A stretch of DNA of 64,000 bases, from the NCBI RefSeq assembly GCF_018977255.1, contig NW_024704745.1, forward strand, positions 51,522,001-51,586,000. The letters are read 5' to 3'. The position numbers were made by a program, and so were the translations under genes. The notes below the pieces were generated by a model. It saw only the letters and a list, made by a program, of their open reading frames with translations. It was not told the DNA's origin and made no database searches. Of this stretch, positions 63,421-64,000 are shown piece by piece. Every line of letters begins with the position of its first letter. The first letter of the stretch is position 1. Source of the stretch: Callorhinchus milii. Its lineage: Eukaryota.

Positions 63421-64000
63421 CTAAAAACAACAGATTTGCTCAGTAATTTAAGATTTTTTCAGGACATCTTTTATTCAGAATTGAAGTAATCAATATTACA
63501 GTCCCACCAATCAGTGAATAAATCTCACAGGATTTCGTCATACATTAAGACCAGAAATACATGTTGAAATGGAATACTGTCAGCAATATTCCACAAATAA
63601 AAAAGTTTTGTACACAACCTAAATAGGTTGTTTTGACCACAGAAGCAATAATTCCCTGAACTCCCTGCTTTGTCGATGATGATATGGAATTTGCATATGG
63701 TCAATTTGGATTCTGGTTTTAAAGCAATCCAATACTAGTTTTTTTCTTATTGCTATTGATCTGCTGGATCTATTTCACTAAAATATATGTAGTCATAAAA
63801 ATTGATTTTATATTTGTAACGCAAACAACTGTTTGCTGAAGCAATGTCTCACCCACACTAGAACATAAAAGCATTTCCTGACAGCTGGAGTAAATTTAGT
63901 GTAAGGAAGCTTCACAGCAGGAAATTCTCACAACTGAAACACTGGCAAGATTAAATCCAGGCCTTGCACGGTACCAGATTGTGGACAATCTCATGTGCTC

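Overview
Vertebrate genomic DNA, most likely a cartilaginous fish (probably a chimaera). The lineage call rests on the repeats: L2 and CR1 LINEs, a tRNA/Deu-like SINE, and Penelope pLTR fragments. The window keeps the conserved vertebrate gene order ATP6AP2 (+, last 3 coding exons, 1.3-3.1 kb), CXorf38-like gene (-, 6 exons, 34.2-40.7 kb) and MED14 (-, last 16 coding exons, 45.5-63.4 kb; they splice by hand into an intact 788-aa frame). Most ORF-track entries are repeat fragments or noise. Main oddities: (1) the CXorf38 homologue has a perfect 4x24-bp in-frame coding repeat, an in-frame TAG at codon 3 of exon 2 that could be bypassed by a tandem CAG-TAG acceptor, and an intact HEPN-like RNxxxH motif; (2) a chain of exon-like minus-strand segments from 13 to 31 kb may be an unannotated, decaying extension or gene; (3) two subfamilies of a modular SINE, including a SINE-L2-SINE chimera; (4) Penelope-type minimal hammerhead ribozyme cores; (5) two near full-length L2 copies with no visible ORF1, one preceded by a well-spaced GC-box/TATA/Inr promoter. 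All homology calls come from recalled sequences and manual translation, not database searches.
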